This document shows, piece after piece, positions 49,903 to 58,151 of a stretch of DNA of 64,000 bases (positions are counted from its first letter, which is position 1; the number at the start of each line of letters is the position of its first letter). Under the pieces are notes generated by a model. That model was not told the DNA's origin. It saw only the letters and a list, made by a program, of their open reading frames with translations, and did not search any database. A program made the translations under genes and the position numbers. Source of the DNA: an uncultured Phascolarctobacterium sp. (GTDB taxonomy: Bacteria > Bacillota > Negativicutes > Acidaminococcales > Acidaminococcaceae); NCBI GenBank assembly GCA_958448515.1, contig CAUDEF010000001.1, forward strand, positions 15,488-79,487, given 5' to 3'.

Positions 49903-50589
49903 TCAGCCTTGCTTTGCCAGCTCCTGTACATGAGCAGTAATCATATCCCAAAGCTCCGGTTTACTATCCAGTACAGCGCGCAATCTCTGCGGATATACAC
50001 CATTTTCAATATATACATTTATAATAAATTCAATTGCATCTGTAAGCTGCTGCTCTGTAAGAGGAACAGCAATATGTTTTCCCTGAACGGGTTTATTTCC
50101 CAAAAGTCCTCCCAGATAAATTTCATAATTTCCAAGCTTTGTAAAAGATGGCATTACCCCAACGTCCTGTGCCATGGCTTTACCCAGGCTGTTCATACAG
50201 CCAAACACACCGATTTTAAACTTTTTGGGAACTGCTCTGGCATAAAACTGTTCATCAAGTCTGCACGCCAAACCATGCACATCAAACATACCTCTGCGGC
50301 ATGCAGTACCCTTGCAGGCAACCACTGCACGTACAGTAGCTCCTGTGCCGCCAATACGTAAATTATGTTTTTTTATTTCAGATACAGCATCATCTAAAAG
50401 TTCAGCAGTAATACCCTCTATCTCAAAGGTTCCTCTGCTTGTAGCTGTGATATTGCCATTACCAAAGCGTTCTGCTATTTCAGCAATCCTGCTTATTTCT
50501 TCTGCAGAAAACTGGCCGCAGTTACCCAAAATTCTTACAGCAAATAAGTTATTTTTTTGCGGAACAACACCAAAAATTGCTTTATTCAT
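49903..50589 (-). CDS. short nitrite/sulfite reductase-like protein (ferredoxin-like half domain + partial 4Fe-4S/siroheme domain)
   Basis: GQFSAEEISRIAEIAERFGNGNITATSRGTFEIEG is NIR_SIR_ferr-like. CKGTACRRG and GVFGCMNSLG are partial Cys motifs. The start is ambiguous: ATG 50589 or GTG 50619. Confidence 0.55.
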   Translation of the reverse strand: MNKAIFGVVPQKNNLFAVRILGNCGQFSAEEISRIAEIAERFGNGNITATSRGTFEIEGITAELLDDAVSEIKKHNLRIGGTGATVRAVVACKGTACRRGMFDVHGLACRLDEQFYARAVPKKFKIGVFGCMNSLGKAMAQDVGVMPSFTKLGNYEIYLGGLLGNKPVQGKHIAVPLTEQQLTDAIEFIINVYIENGVYPQRLRAVLDSKPELWDMITAHVQELAKQG

Positions 50590-50790
50590 TTCTTGTCCGT
50601 CCTCTTTCGTAAAAATCACTGCCCTTTATATTCTATAAATGATGTTATTTTCCCTGCCGCACAGCTTACATTTATTTTTTACACTTCCACAAATATTTTC
50701 AGATAATTCGGTAGTTTTCTATTTAACAACTTATTTTTAATTTTTGCAATATTGTAAATAAACAAACTTTATTTTTTTGCATTTTTCCTG

Positions 50791-50819
50791 TTTACAAATA
50801 CAGATTTTAGATTTATAAT
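50791..50819 (+). promoter_or_regulatory. promoter of the type III glutamine synthetase gene
   Basis: TTTACA, a 17-nt spacer and TATAAT. Confidence 0.7.
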
Positions 50820-50827
50820 GTGCCCAT

Positions 50828-50910
50828 AAAGCAACAACGTCGTTGTTGGGCAGCAAAAGCTGTCTGATTCGGGTTGTTGCTTTTTTGTTTTTATTTTTAT
50901 TTTATTTTGA
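50828..50910 (+). terminator. leader terminator/attenuator upstream of glnN
   Basis: AAAGCAACAAC (50828..50838) pairs with GUUGUUGCUUU (50874..50884), followed by a ~25-nt U-rich run. A second copy of GUUGUUG (50842..50848) offers an alternative pairing. Confidence 0.55.
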
Positions 50911-50947
50911 GGGGACAAAAAATGTCCCATTTTGGGAGGTTTAACAA

Positions 50948-53035
50948 ATGAAAGAAGTACCTAAAATTTTTGGCAGCTTAGTCTTTAACGAAACAGTTAT
51001 GAAAGATCGTATGCCTACAGCTACCTACAAAGCATTTAAGGAAGCTGTTCTTGAAGGCCGCCCTTTAGATTTGACTATGGCCAATGTCATTGCTAATGCT
51101 ATGAAAGACTGGGCTCTGGAAAATGGTGCAACTCATTTTACCCACTGGTTCCAGCCGATGACCGGAATAACTGCAGAAAAACATGAAAGCTTTATTGCTC
51201 CTACCGCTGAAGGCAGAGTAATTATGGATTTTTCCGGCAAAGAATTAATTCAGGGCGAACCTGATGCTTCCAGCTTCCCTTCCGGAGGTTTGAGAGCTAC
51301 ATTTGAAGCTCGTGGTTATACTGCATGGGATCCTACATCCTACGCATTTATTAAAGATGACTGCCTGTGCATTCCTACTGCATTCTGCTCCTATACAGGC
51401 GAAGTTCTGGATAAGAAAACTCCGCTGCTCCGTTCTATGACCGCAGTAAACAAAGCAGCATGCAGAATTTTAAAATTAATCGGTATTGATACTGCCAAAG
51501 TAACCAGCACCGTTGGTCCGGAACAGGAATATTTCCTGGTAGACAAAAAAATGTGGGAAAAACGTAAAGACCTTGTATATACCGGACGTACTCTTTTTGG
51601 CGCAAAACCGCCTCGTGGACAGGAGCTTGATGACCATTACTTTGGTATGATTAAACCCCGCGTTATGGCATTCATGAAAGAACTGGACGAAGAACTCTGG
51701 AAACTTGGCGTACTTGCCAAAACAGAACATAACGAAGTAGCTCCTGCTCAGCACGAACTTGCACCTATTTTCACTTCTACCAACGTTGCTTCTGACCATA
51801 ACCAGTTGACCATGGAATTTATGAAACGCATTGCTCTGCGTCACGACCTGGTTTGCCTGCTCCACGAAAAACCCTTTGCAGGTGTTAACGGCAGCGGCAA
51901 ACATAACAACTGGTCTTTAAGCACAGCTGAAGGCATGAACCTGCTGGATCCCGGCAAAGAACCTTATAAAAACACCAGATTCTTACTTTTCCTGGCTGCA
52001 ATCTTAAAAGCAGTAGACGAATATCAGGATTTGCTGCGCGTTTCTGTTGCCAGCGCAGGCAATGATCATCGCCTTGGCGCAAACGAAGCACCTCCTGCAA
52101 TCGTTTCTGTCTTCCTCGGTACAGAGCTTACTGCTATTCTTGACGCAATCGCTGCTGATAAAGAATATGAAGCTTCTCCTGTAACCCTGATGAAAGTCAG
52201 TGATAATACTATTCCTGCTCTGGTAAAAGATACTACAGACCGCAACAGAACCTCTCCCTTTGCATTCACCGGCAATAAATTTGAATTCCGTATGCTGGGC
52301 AGCATGTTCTCCATCTCCGGTCCCAACATTATCTTAAATACCATTGTAGCCGAAGAACTGGACAAATTTGCAGATATTCTGGAAGCTGCCGATGACAAGG
52401 AATCAGCTATCTACAAAATTGTTAAAGATACCTATCTTGCACATAAACGCATTGTATTCAACGGCAATGGTTATACCGATGAATGGGTTGAAGAAGCTGA
52501 AAAACGCGGTTTGCTGAATCTGAAATCAACTCCTGATGCAATTCCCTACATGGCTGCCGCTAAAAATATTGAGCTTTTCGAAAAACACAATATCTTTACT
52601 GCTGCCGAAGTAAAATCTCGTGTAGAAATTCTTCTGGAAAATTACTGCACAGTTTTGAAAATCGAAGCATCTACCATGCTGGATATGCTCTATAAAGACA
52701 TTCTTCCCGCAATCAATGCTTATGATAAAGATTTGACTGCTTCCATTCTGGATAAAAAATCTGCCGGAATTACTCCTGGCTTTGAAAATAAATTGGCAGA
52801 GAAAATTTCTCTCATTGGCGCAGACATTTATCAGAAAGCTGAAGTTTTATCTGATGCTGTTGCTCACGCAGCAGAAATTGCTGACGCTCATGCCGCAGCC
52901 GTATACTACCATGACAGCGTACTGAAAGCTATGGATGACCTGCGCAGCGCAGTAGATTCCATTGAAGGAATGCTGGCAGAAAAATACCTGCCCTATCCTA
53001 CTTACGGTGAACTGCTCTTTGGTGTAAACGACTAA
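50948..53035 (+). CDS. glnN: type III glutamine synthetase
   Basis: 695 aa. The N-terminus [23 protein letters not shown]...[12 protein letters not shown] is typical of GS type III (GlnN). Confidence 0.85.
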   Translation: MKEVPKIFGSLVFNETVMKDRMPTATYKAFKEAVLEGRPLDLTMANVIANAMKDWALENGATHFTHWFQPMTGITAEKHESFIAPTAEGRVIMDFSGKELIQGEPDASSFPSGGLRATFEARGYTAWDPTSYAFIKDDCLCIPTAFCSYTGEVLDKKTPLLRSMTAVNKAACRILKLIGIDTAKVTSTVGPEQEYFLVDKKMWEKRKDLVYTGRTLFGAKPPRGQELDDHYFGMIKPRVMAFMKELDEELWKLGVLAKTEHNEVAPAQHELAPIFTSTNVASDHNQLTMEFMKRIALRHDLVCLLHEKPFAGVNGSGKHNNWSLSTAEGMNLLDPGKEPYKNTRFLLFLAAILKAVDEYQDLLRVSVASAGNDHRLGANEAPPAIVSVFLGTELTAILDAIAADKEYEASPVTLMKVSDNTIPALVKDTTDRNRTSPFAFTGNKFEFRMLGSMFSISGPNIILNTIVAEELDKFADILEAADDKESAIYKIVKDTYLAHKRIVFNGNGYTDEWVEEAEKRGLLNLKSTPDAIPYMAAAKNIELFEKHNIFTAAEVKSRVEILLENYCTVLKIEASTMLDMLYKDILPAINAYDKDLTASILDKKSAGITPGFENKLAEKISLIGADIYQKAEVLSDAVAHAAEIADAHAAAVYYHDSVLKAMDDLRSAVDSIEGMLAEKYLPYPTYGELLFGVND

Positions 53036-53065
53036 AACAACAACTTAATATTGTACAAACACAAT

Positions 53066-53101
53066 GGGGTGTATCTATAAAAGGATACATCCCTCTTTTT
53101 A
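53066..53101 (+). terminator. terminator/attenuator hairpin between glnN and amtB
   Basis: GGGGUGUAUC-uauaaaag-GAUACAUCCC (10 bp, one G.U) followed by UCUUUUU. It ends 17 nt before the amtB ATG. Confidence 0.6.
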
Positions 53102-53117
53102 TGATGGGGGTAATAAT

Positions 53118-54800
53118 ATGTATTCATCTGCAGACACAATATGGGTCCTTATCGGAGCCTTTATGGTATTTTCCATGCAGCCAGGCTTTGCCATGGTAGA
53201 AACTGGTTTTACCAGAGCAAAAAATGCCGGCAACATTGTTATGAAAAACTTTATGGATCTTGCTTTAGGCTCCATAGTTTTCTGGATTTTAGGCTTCGGT
53301 CTTATGTTCGGTACTGATATCAGCGGTATTATCGGCAGACCTGACTTTTTCATTCAGAATGATTACGGCGCAGCCTTTCCTTCCATGGCCTTTATTATTT
53401 TCCAGACTGTTTTCTGTGCTACCGCAGCAACAATCGTTTCCGGTGCTATGGCAGAAAGAACTAAATTCTCCGTATACTGCATCTACAGTGTTCTCATAAG
53501 TGCAGTTATCTATCCTATCTCCGGTCACTGGATCTGGGGCGGCGGCTGGCTTGCTCAGGCAGGCTTCCATGATTTTGCAGGTTCCACTGCCGTACACATG
53601 GTAGGCGGTATTGCCGCACTGGTTGGTGCTAAAATTCTCGGCCCACGTATTGGCAAATACAATCCTGACGGAACAGTAAATGCAATCCCTGGTCACAGCC
53701 TGACACTGGGTGCTCTTGGTGTATTCCTGCTCTGGTTCGGCTGGTTTGGCTTCAACGGCTGCTCTACTGTATGCGCAACCGGCGATGACGCTCTTTTATC
53801 AATGTCTAAAATCTTCGTAACCACCAATATGGCAGCAGCTGCTGGTGCTACTGCAACTATGCTTTATACCTGGGCACGTTACAAAAAACCTGATGTTTCC
53901 ATGACTCTTAACGGTGCTTTGGCAGGCCTTGTAGCAATCACCGCAGGCTGCGACATGGTAAGTGTTGCCGGGGCTTTTGCTATCGGTATTATGGCTGGTA
54001 TTCTGGTTGTAGCAGCAGTAGAATTTTTTGATCAGAAAATGAAAATTGATGATCCTGTAGGTGCAATTTCCGTTCACGGTGTCTGCGGTGCCTTCGGTAC
54101 TCTGTGTGTAGGTATTTTCGCTGAAGAAGGCGGCTTACTGTACGGCGCTGGTGCAGATTTCTTTATAACTCAGCTTACTGGCGTTGTATCTGTTGCCTTG
54201 TATACCTTAATTACTATGACCATCATTTTCACCATACTTGATAAAACAATCGGTCTCAGAGTATCCGAACAGGAAGAAATTGCCGGTCTTGACATGGAAG
54301 AACATGGCCTTGCAAGCAGCTATGCTGACTTTATGCCTGTTACTGAATACTTGCCTACCACTGCGGCAGTTAACAGCCAGCCGGTAGTATTCACCAAAGA
54401 TTCCGATAAAACAGATTCTGATACTGATAAACCTAAACTTACAAAAGTTGTTATTATTACCTCTCAAAATCGTTTTGAAAGACTTAAAACAGCACTGGAC
54501 AGCCTGGGCATCACCGGCATGACAGTTACTAAAGTTCTTGGTTATGGTATCCAAAAAGGACAGACAGAGATGTACCGTGGTGCAGAAGTTGCTGCTTTCC
54601 TGCTTCCTAAAGTTAAAGTAGAAATGGTAGTATCTGCAATTCCTGTTGAAACTGTTGTAGAAACAGCTAAAAAAGTTCTTTACACCGGCAAATACGGCGA
54701 TGGTAAGATTTTCGTTTACAATGTAGAAAATGTTATTAAAATCCGTACCGGCGAAACAGGCTTTGATGCCCTTCAGGATATGCCCTTAAACGAAAAATAA
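53118..54800 (+). CDS. amtB: ammonium transporter AmtB fused to a C-terminal PII (GlnK/GlnB-like) domain
   Basis: The Amt core runs from MYSSADTIWVLIGAFMVFSMQPGFAMVETG to GLDMEEHG. A ~35-aa Asp/Lys/Thr-rich linker follows. The PII domain is KVVIITSQNRFERLKTALDSLGITGMTVTKVLGYGIQKGQTEMYRGAEV...GDGKIFV. Confidence 0.85.
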   Translation: MYSSADTIWVLIGAFMVFSMQPGFAMVETGFTRAKNAGNIVMKNFMDLALGSIVFWILGFGLMFGTDISGIIGRPDFFIQNDYGAAFPSMAFIIFQTVFCATAATIVSGAMAERTKFSVYCIYSVLISAVIYPISGHWIWGGGWLAQAGFHDFAGSTAVHMVGGIAALVGAKILGPRIGKYNPDGTVNAIPGHSLTLGALGVFLLWFGWFGFNGCSTVCATGDDALLSMSKIFVTTNMAAAAGATATMLYTWARYKKPDVSMTLNGALAGLVAITAGCDMVSVAGAFAIGIMAGILVVAAVEFFDQKMKIDDPVGAISVHGVCGAFGTLCVGIFAEEGGLLYGAGADFFITQLTGVVSVALYTLITMTIIFTILDKTIGLRVSEQEEIAGLDMEEHGLASSYADFMPVTEYLPTTAAVNSQPVVFTKDSDKTDSDTDKPKLTKVVIITSQNRFERLKTALDSLGITGMTVTKVLGYGIQKGQTEMYRGAEVAAFLLPKVKVEMVVSAIPVETVVETAKKVLYTGKYGDGKIFVYNVENVIKIRTGETGFDALQDMPLNEK

Positions 54801-54813
54801 CAAAAGCTAAGTT

Positions 54814-54852
54814 AAAAACAGGTAAAAGTAAAATTTTACCTGTTTTTATTTT
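54814..54852 (+). terminator. intrinsic terminator after amtB
   Basis: aaaaacaggtaaaa-gtaaaa-ttttacctgttttt followed by ATTTT. Confidence 0.85.
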
Positions 54853-54922
54853 ATGTTTTCCTAATCTTATTCTTATGTTAATATTATTAATGGTAAGAAT
54901 TTTTATTATAGACGAGGTAAAC

Positions 54923-55615
54923 ATGAGCATTTATGCAATCGGCGATTTGCATCTCTCCGGAGATCCACCTGCCAAACCCATGGAAATCTTTGGAGAACAC
55001 TGGTGTAATCATAAAGAAAAAATTAAAGCCAACTGGCTGGCAAATATACATCCCAAGGACACTGTCATTATCTGCGGCGATACATCCTGGGCTCTTCAGC
55101 TGGAAGAAGCTCAGCCTGATTTAGACTGGATAGCGCAGCTTCCCGGTCAGAAAATTCTGCTTCGCGGCAATCACGATTACTGGTGGACAAGCCTGAAGAA
55201 AATGCAGACATTTACAAACAACAATTTTTCGTTTCTTCAAAACAACTGCTTTACGGCAGAAAACACAGCTATCTGTGGCACCAGGGGCTGGCTGCTGCCC
55301 AGTGCGGAAAATTTTACTGAAAATGATGATAAAATCTATCAGCGTGAAAGTATGCGTCTGGAACTTTCTCTGCAGGCAGCAAAAAATGCAGCTGCCGAAG
55401 AAATCATTGCAGTATTTCACTACCCTCCGCTTTTCATTGCCGAAGAACATAATCTCTTTACAGACCTGCTTGAAAAATATCAGGTTACCCATTGCATTTA
55501 TGCACATATTCATGGAGAGCATAATACCTTTACTTTTGAAGGTCTGCGCAATGGCATCAACTATAAACTTGTCTCCTGTGATACGCAGAAGTTTCAGCTG
55601 TACAAAATAAAATAA
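54923..55615 (+). CDS. metallophosphoesterase family protein
   Basis: IYAIGDLHLS, ICGDTSW and LRGNHDYWW are calcineurin-like phosphoesterase motifs. GAGG RBS precedes ATG 54923. Confidence 0.8.
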   Translation: MSIYAIGDLHLSGDPPAKPMEIFGEHWCNHKEKIKANWLANIHPKDTVIICGDTSWALQLEEAQPDLDWIAQLPGQKILLRGNHDYWWTSLKKMQTFTNNNFSFLQNNCFTAENTAICGTRGWLLPSAENFTENDDKIYQRESMRLELSLQAAKNAAAEEIIAVFHYPPLFIAEEHNLFTDLLEKYQVTHCIYAHIHGEHNTFTFEGLRNGINYKLVSCDTQKFQLYKIK

Positions 55616-55616
55616 T

Positions 55617-55648
55617 AAAAGCTCCGCGTAACAGTACGCGGAGCTTTT
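55617..55648. terminator. bidirectional intrinsic terminator between convergent genes
   Basis: aaaagctccgcgta-acag-tacgcggagctttt, a perfect stem. Confidence 0.9.
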
Positions 55649-55668
55649 ATTATTTTGTGGTTATGTAG

Positions 55669-56550
55669 TTAGATAATGTAATAAATTGATGTAAAGTCTT
55701 GCGTGACTTTTCCATCGTACGCAAAATCAACAGGACCCAAAAATTCAATATTGCCGCCGCTTACAGCTATACCTTTTATTTTACAGTTTTTACCCACGGT
55801 AATACCTGCTCCTGCCAGCAAAAGAACATTCGTCAGTTCTGCGTTATCTTCAATAATAATTTTTCCATCCGAAATCATAACTGCCCCGTCAGCCAGTTTA
55901 CAGCCTCTGCTGAGTGTAATGCTTCCCTCAGCAGCAATCAGCCCGTTTCCCTTAATCTTACTGCCGGCGGGCACTTTGACACCCTGATAATCATTACTGA
56001 AATAAATTCTCTGACACAGTCCTACAAGGCAGACAGTATTCATATTAAGATCATTAATCCCCCATGGCTCAAAGGATCTGGCAGCAGGAAAAATTACTTC
56101 ATGGTTGCTTGTATATAGTATTCCTGCCGGTAAATATTCTTCCCCCAATATATCCTTTGAACTGATAACACCATAGTTCTGCGCCATATTTTTTATAGTG
56201 TCATCAAAGGTTACCTTAACTCTTTTTACTTTCTGCTCTGCTTTGGCACTGCTGGCATTTACTTCAGTACAGCAAATATTCCCATCACTGCTGAATATAT
56301 TTTTAAGATGTAGCCTTGCTTCACTGTTGCCCGGATAAAAAACAGTCTTAAACATGTACTGCTCCGGTGTTTTTTCTGCAAAGCTTTCAGCCGCAGAGAT
56401 ACATAACGCCCGCAGCTGCATATTATGTACATACTCTGTCTGTTTTTCATATTCGCCTGATACATAACGTACAACGAGCTGCCCAATCAGCAGCAAAATT
56501 ACTGCTGCTGACAACAAAAGCAGTGAAACACTTCCTTTGCTATGATTCAT
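55669..56550 (-). CDS. ComGG-position membrane-anchored protein with repetitive beta-helix-like C-terminal region
   Basis: One N-terminal TM (SVSLLLLSAAVILLLIGQLVV). The C-terminal ~100 aa carry short G/I/V-rich repeats (GSITLSRGCKLADGAVMISDGKIIIEDNAELTNVLLLAGAGITVGKNCKIKGIAVSGGNIEF). Last gene of the pseudopilin operon. Confidence 0.5.
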   Translation of the reverse strand: MNHSKGSVSLLLLSAAVILLLIGQLVVRYVSGEYEKQTEYVHNMQLRALCISAAESFAEKTPEQYMFKTVFYPGNSEARLHLKNIFSSDGNICCTEVNASSAKAEQKVKRVKVTFDDTIKNMAQNYGVISSKDILGEEYLPAGILYTSNHEVIFPAARSFEPWGINDLNMNTVCLVGLCQRIYFSNDYQGVKVPAGSKIKGNGLIAAEGSITLSRGCKLADGAVMISDGKIIIEDNAELTNVLLLAGAGITVGKNCKIKGIAVSGGNIEFLGPVDFAYDGKVTQDFTSIYYII

Positions 56551-57067
56551 ATTCTATAATTCCGTTCAGACAGTAAATATATTTATCACATATAATTGTG
56601 TCAGCATCTTTGCCAATAGTAAACCTCAGCCGTAAACTTCTTTCAGAAATACGCTCAGCCTGCCATTCACTGATATTACAACCAGGTATATACAAAGGAT
56701 TTTTTCCTTTAGTACCAAGCGTCTGTGTAGTTTTATACAATCCCCTGTTTTCAAAGGTATACATAAGCTGTTTGCCCGCATATATACTCTGCGTTTTAAT
56801 AACAGTATTGCCTCTGTAATCCCTGCTCAGGATAATCCTTGTACTTTCATAGCCCAGATTCTTTTCCATATCACTGAGCATATACCTTTCCACACTATAT
56901 AACTGCGCATAGTTAACAGCTTTATGCATATTCTGCACTGCAGTAATAAAATCACTGTAGAAAACAGCTGTTATAATGGCTGTCATGGCTGCAGCAGCCT
57001 GCAGCTCCAGCATAAAATATCCATGTTTATTTTTCCATATACACGCTGTTACAGATGATAGTTTCAT
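56540..57067 (-). CDS. minor pseudopilin-like protein (ComGF-like)
   Basis: Prepilin-type N-terminus KHG/YFMLELQAAAAMTAIITAV with Glu at +5. Confidence 0.55.
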   Translation of the reverse strand: MKLSSVTACIWKNKHGYFMLELQAAAAMTAIITAVFYSDFITAVQNMHKAVNYAQLYSVERYMLSDMEKNLGYESTRIILSRDYRGNTVIKTQSIYAGKQLMYTFENRGLYKTTQTLGTKGKNPLYIPGCNISEWQAERISERSLRLRFTIGKDADTIICDKYIYCLNGIIEYES

Positions 57068-57320
57068 TTTGCCAAACCTGTACCTCTTTGATTTTTATGC
57101 CATCTTCAGTTCTGTGCAATACTTTCACAGAAAAATTTCCGCCGCTGCAATCATCAGATATGTTTTTATCCGCGTATTTCCATGCTTCATGCAAATCACG
57201 AGACTTAGAAGATATCAATATAAAATTTCCTGATATTTTCAGCAGTGCAGTTAATAAAACACAAAGAAGGAGCATTCCTGCCAAAAACTCCATCATTATA
57301 AATCCTTTATCAGCTTTCAT
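57027..57320 (-). CDS. minor pseudopilin-like protein (ComGE-like)
   Basis: Prepilin-type N-terminus MKADKG/FIMMEFLAGMLLLCVLL with Glu at +5. Confidence 0.55.
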   Translation of the reverse strand: MKADKGFIMMEFLAGMLLLCVLLTALLKISGNFILISSKSRDLHEAWKYADKNISDDCSGGNFSVKVLHRTEDGIKIKEVQVWQNETIICNSVYMEK

Positions 57321-57810
57321 CTATAACAACTCTCCCCGTAACAGGCTGTACAGATAAAATACATCTGAAATTCGATACTTTTTTATGTCCCAGAACAATA
57401 TTCCCTGTAAAGGATGGACTTCCGTTATTTGTATACTGCACTACAGGCATTTTTTGCATGATGTACACACCATCACATCCCAAGTTTTTAAAATATATTC
57501 TTTTACTTACCTTACGGTCTACATAAAATCCGTATCCGCCGTTATCACTCATAAATTTTATCTGCCTGTTTAAAATACCATCGCTGAACATGGAATCCTG
57601 CTGCAGCAATCTTATATCACTTGCCATAACATCTGCTGCTATGCGTACCTGCTGTTTGTAATAATAATGCTGACAGGCATCTCCTGAAATAACTGTAAAG
57701 GCTGCCAAAAGGCTTAGTCCAAAACATATCAGCAGTATTTCAGCAGCCAGAAAACCGCTTTTACTCAGTTTCTTTGCTGCCGTTAGAGATAACATCTGCA
57801 CCTGATGCAT
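57310..57810 (-). CDS. minor pseudopilin-like protein (ComGD-like)
   Basis: Prepilin-type N-terminus KLSKSG/FLAAEILLICFGLSLL with Glu at +5. Confidence 0.6.
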   Translation of the reverse strand: MHQVQMLSLTAAKKLSKSGFLAAEILLICFGLSLLAAFTVISGDACQHYYYKQQVRIAADVMASDIRLLQQDSMFSDGILNRQIKFMSDNGGYGFYVDRKVSKRIYFKNLGCDGVYIMQKMPVVQYTNNGSPSFTGNIVLGHKKVSNFRCILSVQPVTGRVVIDES

Positions 57811-58138
57811 TTTTGCCCTTTAATGTATAAGTAAGCTTATCACCGCCTACTGTATAAGTCATGCTTTCATTAAGAGCATCTTTAAATTCACTGCCTTTAG
57901 TCAGATATTTTTCATCAAGCTGTTCCAGACTATCCGGACATGTGCCTGTTTCCAGCTTATACAGCATAATAGCCTGATCAACTGCCAGCAGATCGTTTTT
58001 CAGCTTGGCATTTTTCACTTTTTCATTAGCTCCCTCCAGTGACGGCATAAGCATGGTAATCAATACCCCCAGGAGAGCCGCAACTGCAACAACTTCTATT
58101 AAAGTAAATCCGCTCTGTTTGGTTCCTTTAAGTTTCAT
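57761..58138 (-). CDS. comGC: major pseudopilin (ComGC / type IV pilin-like, N-terminal methylation motif)
   Basis: MKLKGTKQSG/FTLIEVVAVAALLGVL. AAGGGTGA RBS precedes ATG 58138. Confidence 0.75.
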   Translation of the reverse strand: MKLKGTKQSGFTLIEVVAVAALLGVLITMLMPSLEGANEKVKNAKLKNDLLAVDQAIMLYKLETGTCPDSLEQLDEKYLTKGSEFKDALNESMTYTVGGDKLTYTLKGKNASGADVISNGSKETE

Positions 58139-58151
58139 ATGTTTCACCCTT

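Noticed and set aside
50620-50830. A TnrA/GlnR box (TGTNA-N7-TNACA) or ANTAR dual-hexaloop target upstream of glnN.
   Set aside because: Candidate TGT...ACA stretches (for example tgtttacaaataca) do not have the 17-bp spacing. The leader hairpins have 3-5-nt loops, not the paired hexaloops of ANTAR targets.
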